Below, in pieces: positions 9,913 through 22,265 of a DNA stretch of 64,000 nucleotides. The position numbers and the translations under genes are program-made. Numbering within the stretch: position 1 is the first letter of the stretch; each line of letters begins with the position of its first letter. The stretch comes from Styela clava (Eukaryota), in contig NC_135264.1 of the NCBI RefSeq assembly GCF_964204865.1, forward strand, positions 9,424,001-9,488,000. The letters run 5' to 3'. The notes under the pieces were generated by a model. The model worked only from the letters and a program-made list of their open reading frames with translations. It was not told the DNA's origin and did not search any database.

Positions 9913-12900
9913 CGAAATCAAAGTTGGACTGAAATCCGGCAAACAATACCGTTGAATGCATAGTGTTTTTGTTTTCCGAAGTAAGATTCTGAAATAAAAA
10001 AAAATTGGGACTCGTGGGAACATATAAAAAATTAAGTTCCAATCAGGAACATTAGGTTGTATAATAAATAAACCAAAATCCCATCTCGATGATCTCATGA
10101 CATCCGCGCTTCATAGGACATCGTGTTACATTAGTGACAGAATTAGGTTTACGATTTATCTTCTTGCAGAATTGGATGCTGGGAGTTGGCGGCCAGGGTA
10201 ACCCAGGTGTTCTAAGGTGACGTGTTTGGGCAATGGGCAGAAAATTACTGAATCTCGTTAGGCTATGACTATTGTCGACAGAGAAACTAGACATAAATGA
10301 CACTAATCGTACCATTTCTTCCGCGACATCTTTTGCCAGAAATAAGACAAAAATTCGTGCGTAATATTGAGGCACAGATAAAATGTAAATGGGACTGGAT
10401 TCTGTGACTTATTGCGCTCATATTACAACTAAACCGGTTTGTTTGGTCCACTGTTTTCAGCTCAGCACCAAAGCACTACTTTTTTACAGGTTATAATAAA
10501 TTAAATAAAACACGCGTCCTTAGTCCAATGCATCCAAGTCCGAACAGGTTTTTCATTTAGTAGCCTAAGACAAAAAAATGCTATCAGGCTCAGCCTTCGG
10601 ACTATTCAGATCCGTTTAACGAGTCTTATTGATAGAAAAGTCCGGATCAGTGTCACAGCACACAAACGCAACTTAACTTTAACTGGCTCATTCATCAAAG
10701 TTCGGGTGGCATAATTCAAAATGCTTTCCGTTTTATCATGAAAATTTGAATGTTAGACTACCGGTACGATAGTATTTCGCAGCTTCAACTGTCCAATACT
10801 TTGTCGTTTATGAAATAAAAAAAATCAATAGAAAAGAGAAATAAAAAGAATACTTTACTTATTTCGAAATTTCAATGCAGCCACGTCCAAAATTCCTTCA
10901 ACCTCACCCATTTTTCTTGTCTATCTATTCACAAATTCCACCATACGTGGCGACGTCCTTGCAAATATTTATAGCAACACCGTCGTGAATCGAACGTTGT
11001 CACAATGAGTAATGATTATTTTCACGCCTCACATTGAATAATAATTGTTCGTTATTTATTTTCGAGTCCGCAGTCGTAAGAATTTATGAATCAAAACATT
11101 TATTTGAATATAGTTCTGTACATCTAGTGGCCGCGTGTCATTGTATATGCGCCATTAGTCAAAGACAGAAATTCGTCGGTTTCATTCAAAGGTATCAATC
11201 AAACAAGTGCGCAAGCCTGCGCTATTGAAGAGAGGTTAAGAGAAAACGACGCAACACGCGTCGCCCTCGAATAAACAAACTTAAAGTATATCGCCCATCA
11301 ATAAATCATTGCGATTAATATACAACATATATATTATTGTATTGTCAGTTCGACCTTTAGCTTGGCGACTGGGCTTTGATTGACAACTCCCCTATGTGAA
11401 CATTTAACATACGTTGTTCGCGCTACTGGCTTTCGACGTCACACGTATATAAAAAAAAAAACTCAAGATTTCTTGGAAAGCCTAATGAGCTATCATTTTT
11501 CTGTCTGATTCAAAGGTTAATATTTATTTATTATGAGTTTCTGCAACGCATATCAGTATCTGAAAATAGTATACGTTAATCGACCAATTTTCGATGCGTG
11601 CAAACCACCTTTGAAGATTCGAACCTAGGCATCGCTATGCGAAATTGGTTACCATTAGGACATGCCTTACTTTGTTATAGAAACCGACGATAGACATAAA
11701 AATTAAACCAAGCTGCTTATAATTTAGCAATGGTAGTTTTCTATTGGCTTAAGTCGTGCCGGAAGGAAGTCTATTTAGAGATTTATGCTATCAAAAACTA
11801 GTCTATTTGGGTACAATTTGCATAGTCATTGAGAATGGCAGACAGACAGACAGCTCTGAAAACAGCCGAGAGAAAACATAATGAAATAGAGTTAAATTAT
11901 TATATTGTATTTTATTATGGTATTCGTCTCAGTCTTGGGTGCTTTTTGGTAATTATTTAAAGATGTCTTATTTCAAATTTATAGACGAATTATTTAAATA
12001 AGTTGAATATGCAAATCGAGAAAATATATACAATGTTGTATTTGTAGGATTAAATTTTCTATTTTGATGTTGCCAAAAATCCAAATTCCACCTGGCATAG
12101 TTAGTTCATGCTCTACCTGATTTAGTTTACCATAATATCACCTGTTCAGCAAAAGAATTGCGCGGCAACTTCTTTTTCTATTTTTCGAAGATAAAATTTA
12201 TAGTTAAAAGCACTAATTTGTTCAGACTGGAAAATTTCTCACAGTCGCGCCAGTTATGCGGTTTACTTTCGAAAAGTCAATCAATTATCGTTTTAAATAT
12301 TTTAGTATTTTTACGAAAGCAAAAGGTCACGTGGCCGTTTCAGCATTTATTTTCAATTGAACTCGAAGCGTAATTGTTAGAATATCTTGATATAGCTAGA
12401 GATGTTTAACGAATAAAATCCATATTCTCCATGTGCGAAATCAAACATATATATATATATATTAGATTTCCCCTGGCAGAAATATTTATGCTGTCTTTTA
12501 ATTGCGAATTTTTGAAGATGTCATTATATCGAAAAGTGGCAAAATGTAAATAAACAAACGGGACAGGTTACATGATAATGTAGCAAGTTGTAGTCGTCAT
12601 AGAAACATCAACTGGCGAGGGTACATTGATCGAACGCGATTAGCAAAGACTTGCTTATCTTCTATAAAAACGCATTGAGGGCACACCGTCAAAATACAAG
12701 GAAAATAATTAATAACCAACTATAAAATTTTGGTTAACGAGTAAGTAGGACAAACCAGGAAGCAAGGAAATATAACTTATCGTCAGACATGCTCCAACTC
12801 AGACGATTTAAACTGTCACGACTTTTTGACGACTTGGGCGAAATATTGCAGGAAGCTTCAGAACATTCGTTGCGAAGTGGTATAACAAGTTTTGAAATGT

Positions 12901-14762
12901 CCGTTCTAGATTACTTGTAACATCGGCTATCGTACGCGACACGAAAAGGGTGTATAAACAGAAGGAATAGCTTCGAGCATAGCAAAAAGGTTTTGATAAA
13001 TGATATACGTGCAGAAGTGTAAGGACTCGAAGTCTCGGACTAACCAGTGCCAACCGAAATAGTAACCAATTCACAATTGTTTGAGTTTCTTTTCCATTCT
13101 ATTTGTCCTTTTCGTACAACTGACTGTTTTGGCTTAATAGTTTTTAATTAATACTGATTCCAATATATAATTTGTGTATATATTACGTTGATATGCGTAA
13201 GTTGTACACTTCATTTGCGTAAACGTTGCGTCAATCACAAATTAAGACCAATTTTAGTCTGTTTTGAGATATTTAAACGATTAATTCGATGTTAAATCGT
13301 TTTGCTTTCGTATTACGAAGAAATTAGGCAAATGATGATCAAGGTTTGTCAGAATACATATTAGTATGATATAAAAACTAAAGTAATTTTGTATTTGCAA
13401 GTAATCTGCAAGACCTTATTAGTGTATTACGTGAAAATCACACTATAACTTACTATAGTTTTCCATCTTCACGCAAGGTTTAAACATAAATCGTCATATT
13501 GTTGATTCTTGTTTTATACATTATAACGGAATTTGAAAACCTATGAGGAAATTATTATAGACACACTTTACTACAAGAAAGATTATAGTTCACGCAAAAA
13601 TATCAAGGAATTATAAGAAAATTGTCTGGTATAAGAACTTCAAACAGTCGTTCACTATGCCAAATATGTTGGCGAAACGTGCCAAATTGTAGATTATAAT
13701 TGACATTAAGGCGTGCGAAAGTGGTTATAAGGGATTACATTGCGGATTAGCCTCAGCGTAGAAAATTCAAACCAGTTTGTTGCGGAGGTTGGATTAGAAG
13801 TCGCTGGTTATCTCATTTGTTGAATTAATACTGTTTCATAAAGTTCATACTGACCACATTTGTATATTGCACATCAAGGCAATATTCAAGTTTGTTTATC
13901 AACATGAGGAGCGATAAGCAGCGCACTTAATGATATGGTAATTAAGAGCAATATGGTATGGTTGATTCGAAAGTTCACCGAAGCATATGTAACCAACACG
14001 AGTGCTATTACGATACATCATTTATACTTAATTTTGCAATGAGCGCATAATAAAGTATTTCTGTTAAAATATATAGTTAAAATATAAATTGGTCACGAAT
14101 TGTAGATCGGGCAGCTTATCGAATAAGAATTTTAATCGAGGTCAGAGTTGAAAGCGAACTCGTGGGCAATGAATGACTGACTTGAATATGAGTTGGTTTG
14201 TAACTTATTGTATGATTATATTATTTGTTAGAAGATCTGAACTATCTGAATTAGATAAATTGATTGTATATTTTTTTAGTAGTGCGTGATACATTGTACA
14301 AGACATAAAGGAATGCTATATAGACAAGCTTAGTGCTTACTAAATTTTACTCAAACCTGAATCACGCTTGATCCTAACTTAATTGAGACCGGACTGACTA
14401 ACATTGGGCAATAGAGTCGCAAGTCGAAACTGCATGAACCCAAAAATTGCCAGAAAGATAAAACAGACAATCGATCAAACGGCGGACATTAATTGTGGTC
14501 GATTCGCGTTAAAAATTACATAATCACGTTTGTTTAATATGAAGAAAAGAAATAGAATGATTCCGCAAAAATGTGTGTAGGACAAATATGATAGAGCTTC
14601 TTTGCATAAATATTTTCATTCATTCCCTGTCATCCTGAAATACAGATCAGAATGTAAACGGAATGTATTTTGCATCCATAAATTACATTTAAAAGAGAGA
14701 CAGATTTATTGGGAAGCTCACGTAATGAAATACAACTCGAAAGGCAGCAAGCCAACGTAGAA

Positions 14763-17700
14763 ATGGAGATATTTATAATTCTGCGTGTATTCGTTGTTAT
14801 ACATACCTTCGTGGCTGGAACCAAAAGTGAGCTAATTGTATAGTTATACGACTACTGCTTTATCCCCTTTTTCACCTGACTTGAATCCTAAATAACCCAA
14901 ATCTATAGTTCATTTTAATGCGAATGATAGTTTAATGGACATTTAGAACTAGCACAAAACCTAATTTAATAACGTCAATCATTCTGGTAGGATCTGTTCT
15001 ACAAGATTGATGAGAATATGTTTTTTGTTGTTTTCAAATTTAAGTCATGTCCCAGATGACCTCCAATATAGTATTAAATTACTTTTCATGTGTTAGTCTT
15101 GATTTCAATATGTATTTTCAAGACATAAGTGCACACTTTCATGCCAATTTACAGGCCTCGTATGTCGGAGCTGCCAAGGCGATCCGGAAGCATGTGCTCA
15201 GTCACGGAAAACCCAAACATGCCAGTACTTTCCTGGTGACCCTAACAGTACAGAGGTAAAGTGGTTGTAGCTTCTCGTTTGTACGAGATAGCTTACTAAT
15301 TTTGCATATATTTTTTTTTTTTTGGAAAGTTGACGGATAATCGATATATTTGTGAAGTGTTTTTAAAATCAGAATATCGGCACCCAGTATAAAAAACTGG
15401 CAACGGTAGGAAGGACTAACGGCAAAATTACAACCAGCATAAGCGATACGTAATCTGGTTACTAAAGAGTTCTTCTTTCTACTTATTATTTTATCAAATA
15501 TTGATAACATTAGACTTTAATTGTTTATCCATTTGTTTCAAACGTTCAAGGTAATGAACCCATTAGTTTAACGGCAGTTTAACGAGGCTACATTTCAGAT
15601 GTACCATTTTATTTACAGATATGTGCAAGCTACTATACATGGGACAATGGAAAAGCTACTGTTCAAAAGATGTGCAAAGCGCGAGCTTCCTGCCTGAGTG
15701 ATGCCGCTCAGGTTCGTAAAAACTGAATCGTTTGAGCAGTGCAAAATTATGTGCCATCTAGTCTACATTCTGTCCCTTACTTGCTATTTTCATAATAGCG
15801 GTTCACCAATTCAACAACTTTTTGAAGTGTCAATTTTTCGACTTTTTTTGTACAGAAAGATAATGTGTGCGGTATACATGATGGTAAAGACAAGCCATGT
15901 CGATGTTGCTGTGAGAAAAACCATTGTAATAGACTACCCAAAGGCTGTGTAGGTAAATTGCTTTGTTGTATATATGGACATTTTACCCTTTCAATAAGAT
16001 ACATATAAATAGTTCCATTTCTACGAAACTGGGTAAAGCCTAACAAATACATACAACAAATGAAGGGACAATATTACTACGAGGTTTCAGCTTAGTGAAA
16101 TAACTATTATCAATTTTAACAATTGAAACTGTGAACAGTAAATACCCGCAAGATGTAAAATTTGTAAACTATGACATCACATCTATAATTATAGCCGCGT
16201 ACAAATCGTGATCTCGTCGTGACCTTTTAGGTCATCAGTTCAAATTATAAGTTATGATATAGTTGGCATGCTTTTTGCTGTAGTACATATTTGCCAACGC
16301 ATCGTAAATATCTATTACTTACATTAATACTGCAAAACACTGTCGATGTACCTTACAACAGAATCCGGAAATAGCTTCATAATTTCCCAACTAACGAATC
16401 TATACTCAATCACCACAAAGTGTATGAAGCTATTTACTTTTAACATTTCGACACACATTGCCCAATTTGTTATGACATGGGTGCAGCACTGGGGCGACCA
16501 AAGGGAAATTGAATTATATTTTCGATATTATTTTAACAGTTGATTCAGTCTGTCCAAGAACCAAGAATTTAGACAACGGATTCGTAGAATGTGGTGAATC
16601 AAGAAAACGAGGCAGCAGATGCAACTTTAATTGCAATCTTGGATTCGAATTAATTGGTCCCAAAATATCAAGATGTATGCTCGATAGGCGAACAGGTAAA
16701 CTAAAATGGAATAACAGAGGGCAATACTGCGTTCCAACTGTACGATGCCTACCGGTGCCAAAAGCCCCTGAAAACGGGTCCATGAGCTGTGTAAATGTCC
16801 ACCGCCATAGAGATAAGAGTGATCTCAACTACTTATGGGCAAAATGCTCTTTTGCTTGTAATGTTGGTTTCCAGATAGTCGGTAAAGCGATTTCTCGATG
16901 TCGAGAAACTGGGAAATGGAATGCAGATTTTCCTCAGTGTATTGCTCGTCAATGCCCGTCATTTCCAATTGCGGAAAATCGTCAAACTATTTGCACAAAT
17001 GGGCATCTAGTAAACAGTATTTGTGCATTCAAATGTAGCAAAGGATATAAATTGATTGGAACAACAAGCGTTGTTTGCAAAAGTGGTTCAAAAGACGCAA
17101 ACACGCAAGAGTGGACGAGAGATCCTCCGAAATGCATGCGTGTCAAGTGTGAGCCGATCCAGCAAAATCCTGTCAACGGTAAAGTTAAATGCACAAACAA
17201 AAATTTCGAAAACAGTGTCTGTCGTTATACTTGTGACGCAGGGTATGACTTGGATGCAACAACAGATGATGTCATAAAAACGATGTGTGAAGACGACGGT
17301 GGGAAGGATAGTCTAGGAAAGTGGTCACATGCACCAGCGAGATGTACCCGCATAACATGTATGCCTGAAATGACGAAGCCTGTCAATGGGAAACTTTCCT
17401 GCACAAACAGGAATTACTTGAATTCAGAGTGTGATATATACTGTAACATAGGACATGATCTTGATGATACGGGTCTGAAAAAAGTTAGTTCAACATGCGA
17501 AGCAGATACGGATGGGGATAGTTTCGGCATTTGGAGTCTGACACCGCCACTCGACTGTAGTCCTATCTCATGCAAGCCTAGACATATCGACCCAGCTAAC
17601 GGAAAGGTTGTTTGCACACAGGAAAATAGGTACGGTAGCACGTGTACTTTTCGATGCGATGAATTCTACGACATGGATGGCACCACTAACTTGACTCTTT

Positions 17701-20289
17701 CATCCACGTGTGTGGAAGGCGATAACGGCGAAGCAATCGGAAAATGGACACTAGCGGCGCCAACGTGCTCATTGATAACTTGCAAAGCAATATCCTCCAT
17801 TACAAATGGACAATATGCGTGCACGTCGGGTAACATGAAGGGTAGCGTTTGTATTTTCAAATGTGATATTGGTTATGAACTTAACGGTGTGAGTATAATA
17901 TCTTGCGAGAATCGCATAGCAATAGGGGATAATGCGGCGCAATGGACGGCGCCGCAACCATCATGTGCAAGGAGTTACTGTAATGCCCAAAAATACGACA
18001 ATTCGATGCTTGGACGCGAATGTGACAAAAATGGAGTAGGCCGTTTTGAAATAGGCACCAAGTGCACTTATACCTGTATAAAAGATGGACATTATTTAGT
18101 CAGAACTGCTTCTTCAGATGACTATGTAAAATTCGGAAATTTAGTAGTAGAATGCTTGGGAAATAAAGATTGGTCCTCAGCACCACCAAGGTGTCTACCC
18201 CTTAAATGTCCCACTCTGCCGACACCTAGAAATGGATACCCTCCGGAATGCTCTAACGGAAACTTTTATTTGTCAAAATGTGATTTTCAGTGCCACGCAA
18301 AATATGTATCAACACACAATTATTCTTCAATATGCACAGGGGACAAAAATAAGCAAGATAAATTTGGGATTTGGAGCCATAGGCCTCCGACCTGTGCAGG
18401 AAGAGAATGCAATGAGTTTCCTATGGTCAGACACGGAAGCATATCGTATACAAATCTCCATGAAATTGGTTCTTTTGCACGTTTGAATTGTCATAATGGC
18501 TATACTGAGAAATTTTTAAACGAGTCAACGTGCCGAGCACCGAGCAGAAGTGATATGGATCCATTCTGGAGTAGGGCTAAAAGCATGTGTTGCGTCCGAT
18601 GTTTTTTCAACAAGAAAATTAAAGTTGTCATTGCGATAGATAAAACTGTAGCCAATTCTGCAGACGCCTGGGAGGACATTCTGACTTGGTATACTAACAT
18701 CATGGAATATTTGTTTACTAATGATTTTGAAATCAACTTTGGACTAATTTTGTACGATACTGAAGTGGATATGGGCAATAGCAAACGGTTGAGAATGATA
18801 GAAACCGCAGAAGATATATATGAAATTCACGATGAGTTGTTCGATGCACCTTACGGAGGTACAGGTGAGTGTAATGCGGCTAGTAAAATCAGTTTGAATA
18901 ATTTGATATGTACTTAACAGACTAACAGCAATGTTATTTTGTATTCTAGTATCACACCGTTATAAAGATCCTAGATCTTCAACGAGTTTTTTTAATATTT
19001 GGAGACATTTTAGTCAAGCACAATCTTACATCACCGAGTTTGCCGATGTAACGGCGGTGCCTTTGATTTAATAATAATAGAGCCACAGATAAAAACCCCA
19101 AACGAGATAATAGAAATGAAACAATTCATGGTTTTACTTTTAAGAAAAAAAATGAGAGGGTATTTTCCTGATGACTGGCGGACCCATATACAACATACCT
19201 ATCGTTTCCAAAAGTCATTCATGATTTCGCGCTAATTTTGACTTTTTCGAGAATGCTACCACCCACGCCCCTATCGCCCCCTTTGGGTTATTCGCTCCTA
19301 TTTTATCCTTTGGTGGAAATATCACTCACTTCGAGAATCACTGATATGGACAGTGCTCTAACTGCAAGCGTTACAATCAGTCTACGATTTAGATTAAATG
19401 TTCATACATTTAGTCTGCATAGAACAAATTTTTGACCAGTTTTGTGCAATATGCACGGGTATAGTCACAATTTCTGATGAACAATGAATAAAAATTACAA
19501 CAAAATCATATCTTCAATTCACAGCTAATTACTATTTATATAATATGTACAAATTGTGTCTAAAATGAATTGAAATACGTTGAAGATTTGTATTCCTCTG
19601 CATTGAATGTACGAAGAAAGGTCTAACAAAAAACAAAAATGCAAAAACATTTTTTAAGTTTAATAGCAATACACAATAAATATACGTTATTGTCATCTTG
19701 GTCAGGTTCTGACACGGGACTGGCTCTGGAGTACATGTGGTCAACAATGTTTCAAATACGTAAGCATGAAGAACCTTTTCTAATATTAATCAAAAACTTG
19801 GAATCTTCTACCTTTTTTATTGAACAAGCACAGCGATCGAGAAATGAAGGATTGAATGTGAGTAATAGGCTAATTGCAGTACTGAATTTCAACAAAAAAT
19901 GAATGCATTTTGATATTATCTTTGTTAGATTACACTCATGAAACAATCACTTAAATGCAGAAGTTAAAGGGTCGATAAAAAGAAGTGATCTGAATGTTTT
20001 AGTTACATTTGGAAGTCAATGTGCCAACGAGAAATTCTCGTCCAACACGAGTTAAATTTCATGGAAAATGAACTGTATGTATCATTTGTAACAGATTTTG
20101 GCTCTTGGATTCGCAAATGGAAATCTTAGCGAGCGGAAAAAACACTTGGTATCTATTGCTGGGAACGAACGGAGCGCATTTCTCATAGAAGAAATAAATG
20201 ATCTTGCTAAAGTTGGAGAAAGAATCGAGCATATATCAAAACAAAAAGGTTGTGCAATCGCTAGAAAAAATCGACGTTGTTTGAGATGA
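14763..20289 (+). CDS. Secreted mosaic protein: signal peptide + Ly6/uPAR-like three-finger domain + 10 sushi/CCP domains + C-terminal vWA, ~1008 aa
   Basis: Exons 14763-14826, 15155-15255, 15619-15711, 15856-15952, 16540-18864, 19706-19857 and 20095-20289. All are GT-AG with matching phases; total 3027 nt. Translation runs MEIFIILRVFVVIHTFVAGTKS (signal), LVCRSC..C..C..ICASY..KMCK..C..C..CRCCCEKNHCN (LU-like), ten C..NG..C..C.F.C..G(F/Y)..C..W..P.C repeats, then KVVIAIDKT..INFGLILY..PYGGTGSDTGLAL..ILALGF..LVSIAG (vWA). No TM segment. Confidence 0.88.
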
Positions 20290-21615
20290 AATCTAATTCG
20301 ACAAATCCGGGGCGAGGTCTGCTTGGAATTGCAGTGAAATAACATGGGCGTTTCAATCAAAGGTCTGCTGATCTGTAGCGAATGCAAAGGTTCTAAAATT
20401 AAGCAACTTTTTCTATTGGAAATTGATGGAGCATAGGATCTAGTATACTGTTCAAACTTTCACTCTCCTGGACAAACTTCGAAAGCTCATATGCAATAAT
20501 AAAGATTAAAATTTGAAAACCAGGTCAGCTTGAAATTGTATGTAGTCTAACCGCTTCAAAGTTCACACGTTGTATTTAACCAAGAATACCCGAAAGTAAA
20601 CTGAAGTAAACTTTGAAGTAAAATTAGACAAATCAATATTCCTGACTTTATGTCACTTTTATATCCATATACGGACGATTGAATGATGCGAACGTGAAAA
20701 AAATGTGGATTTTTTTCTAGCCATGCCCGACGAAAAACCTAGCAGTACTTTGGACTTGAGGGCCAACCTTAGCTTCGTGACATGATGAAGCTTTTATCAT
20801 CGTACAATAATAACTCAAATTTTCTTCACTTTGAATTAATTTCTCAAAACTTATGTTCAAAAATTTTACAAAGTGTTACGGTTTTCTCGCAACTAAAAAA
20901 TAATAAGGGAACTTGGATATTGTGTATTGAAATGCAGGTCCTTTCTTCTTGTTTACTTTGTACTTCGGGTACGTATGTAGTACTCACCACAAGGATGCTT
21001 GAACGAGATAGTATTAAAGTGAAAATAACATAATCTCTTTAAACGAAATAGTAAGTATATTTGTGAGCTTTCGTTAGATCATAAATAAATAATATAATAA
21101 TAAATAAATAATAAAAAAACAGACCACAACGTGTACGAAACCAAGAATACATCATTTGAAACGCAATAATTTTGTAGTTATTTTTTACGTCGTGTGTGTA
21201 CATTAAAGTTACATTTTTTCTGTGATATTTACTTTGTAACTAGAGTTCTAAACATATAAAGAAGTCCTACTTTTATATTTAATGTTTTCTCTTATTGCTT
21301 TTCATATATATAATAAAAGCTGCCGAATACATAGGCTGTATAGTGTGTAGAAGTAGTCATGGAAACTAAAAATACAAACAGAAGAATTTCGTTCGCAGGA
21401 TCTGCGTATAATGGACCTCGGTCTATCCGGTTACCAGTCACGGTCGAATGTTGGATTTGCTATCTAGTAAAATACATAAAAGTGGTTTACGATAAACGCT
21501 TACCGGGCAGCGACTCACCTTGCCCATCTATTTGCATAATCATTCGTAGTCAGGGGTCTTTCAGGGCCCTTGAGACTTGGTGCCCTACATATAAAAAGTA
21601 ATAATTATAATAACG

Positions 21616-21986
21616 TGTAACGTAGCGGGGTTTTTAGGCGATGGCGTTCGACGGTGATATACTGTGTAGAAAAGACCGTCTACTTCCTCGCTAAACGACA
21701 GCTTAATTGACTATTGAATACTGGCAAATACTCGGCTATTCTGTTGCCCCAGTCCACAGGTTCACACGATAAACAGTTAAGAAATATTCACGGTGCACTT
21801 TTGTATTCAACGCTAGGATACGATACCCAGCCATCAAGGTCAGATAACAGAAAAGAACAGTCTGCCCGATGCAACAGACAACGACTTAAAAAGAAAAAGT
21901 AATCAAAAACACGTGGCAACACAACAAATGCGCAACGCATAAGCGCCACACAGTGGAATGAACGTAAGACTACGTATTACGTTACA
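21616..21986 (-). repeat. 3' LTR (371 bp; internal 171-bp deletion relative to the 5' LTR)
   Basis: Direct repeat of 27879-28420 lacking ~28099-28269; about 9 substitutions counted by eye. Confidence 0.95.
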
Positions 21987-21998
21987 CCTCCCTTCTTT
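21987..21998 (-). other. Polypurine tract (PPT)
   Basis: Minus-strand AAAGAAGGGAGG immediately abuts the 3' LTR. Confidence 0.85.
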
Positions 21999-22265
21999 AC
22001 AAAAAAAAGGAAATTTACGTAGTCAATTTCTTTAACACCAAATATGGGCAAAGGAATTAAAATATATCTATACATCATCGGATTAGGATGAGGGCGTTAT
22101 TACTTGAACTTGGGACAATGCAATAGTTGAAATCAAATATTGAAACACATTAGCAATGAAATGCGATAATTACAAAATCCACACAGTAGATAACGATTAC
22201 ATTGAAAATACAATTACCATAAATTCACACCCATAAAAATATGAAAATACTGAAATAAAATAGAA

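Noticed and set aside
15123-15255. Alternative acceptor at 15122 (frame of ORF 15047..15259)
   Set aside because: It gives a Cys-free frame whose phase does not fit the next exon. The acceptor at 15154 gives the LxCxxC start and the correct phase.
16514-18784. Minus-strand and alternative-frame ORFs within the sushi exon
   Set aside because: Shadows of the real CDS.
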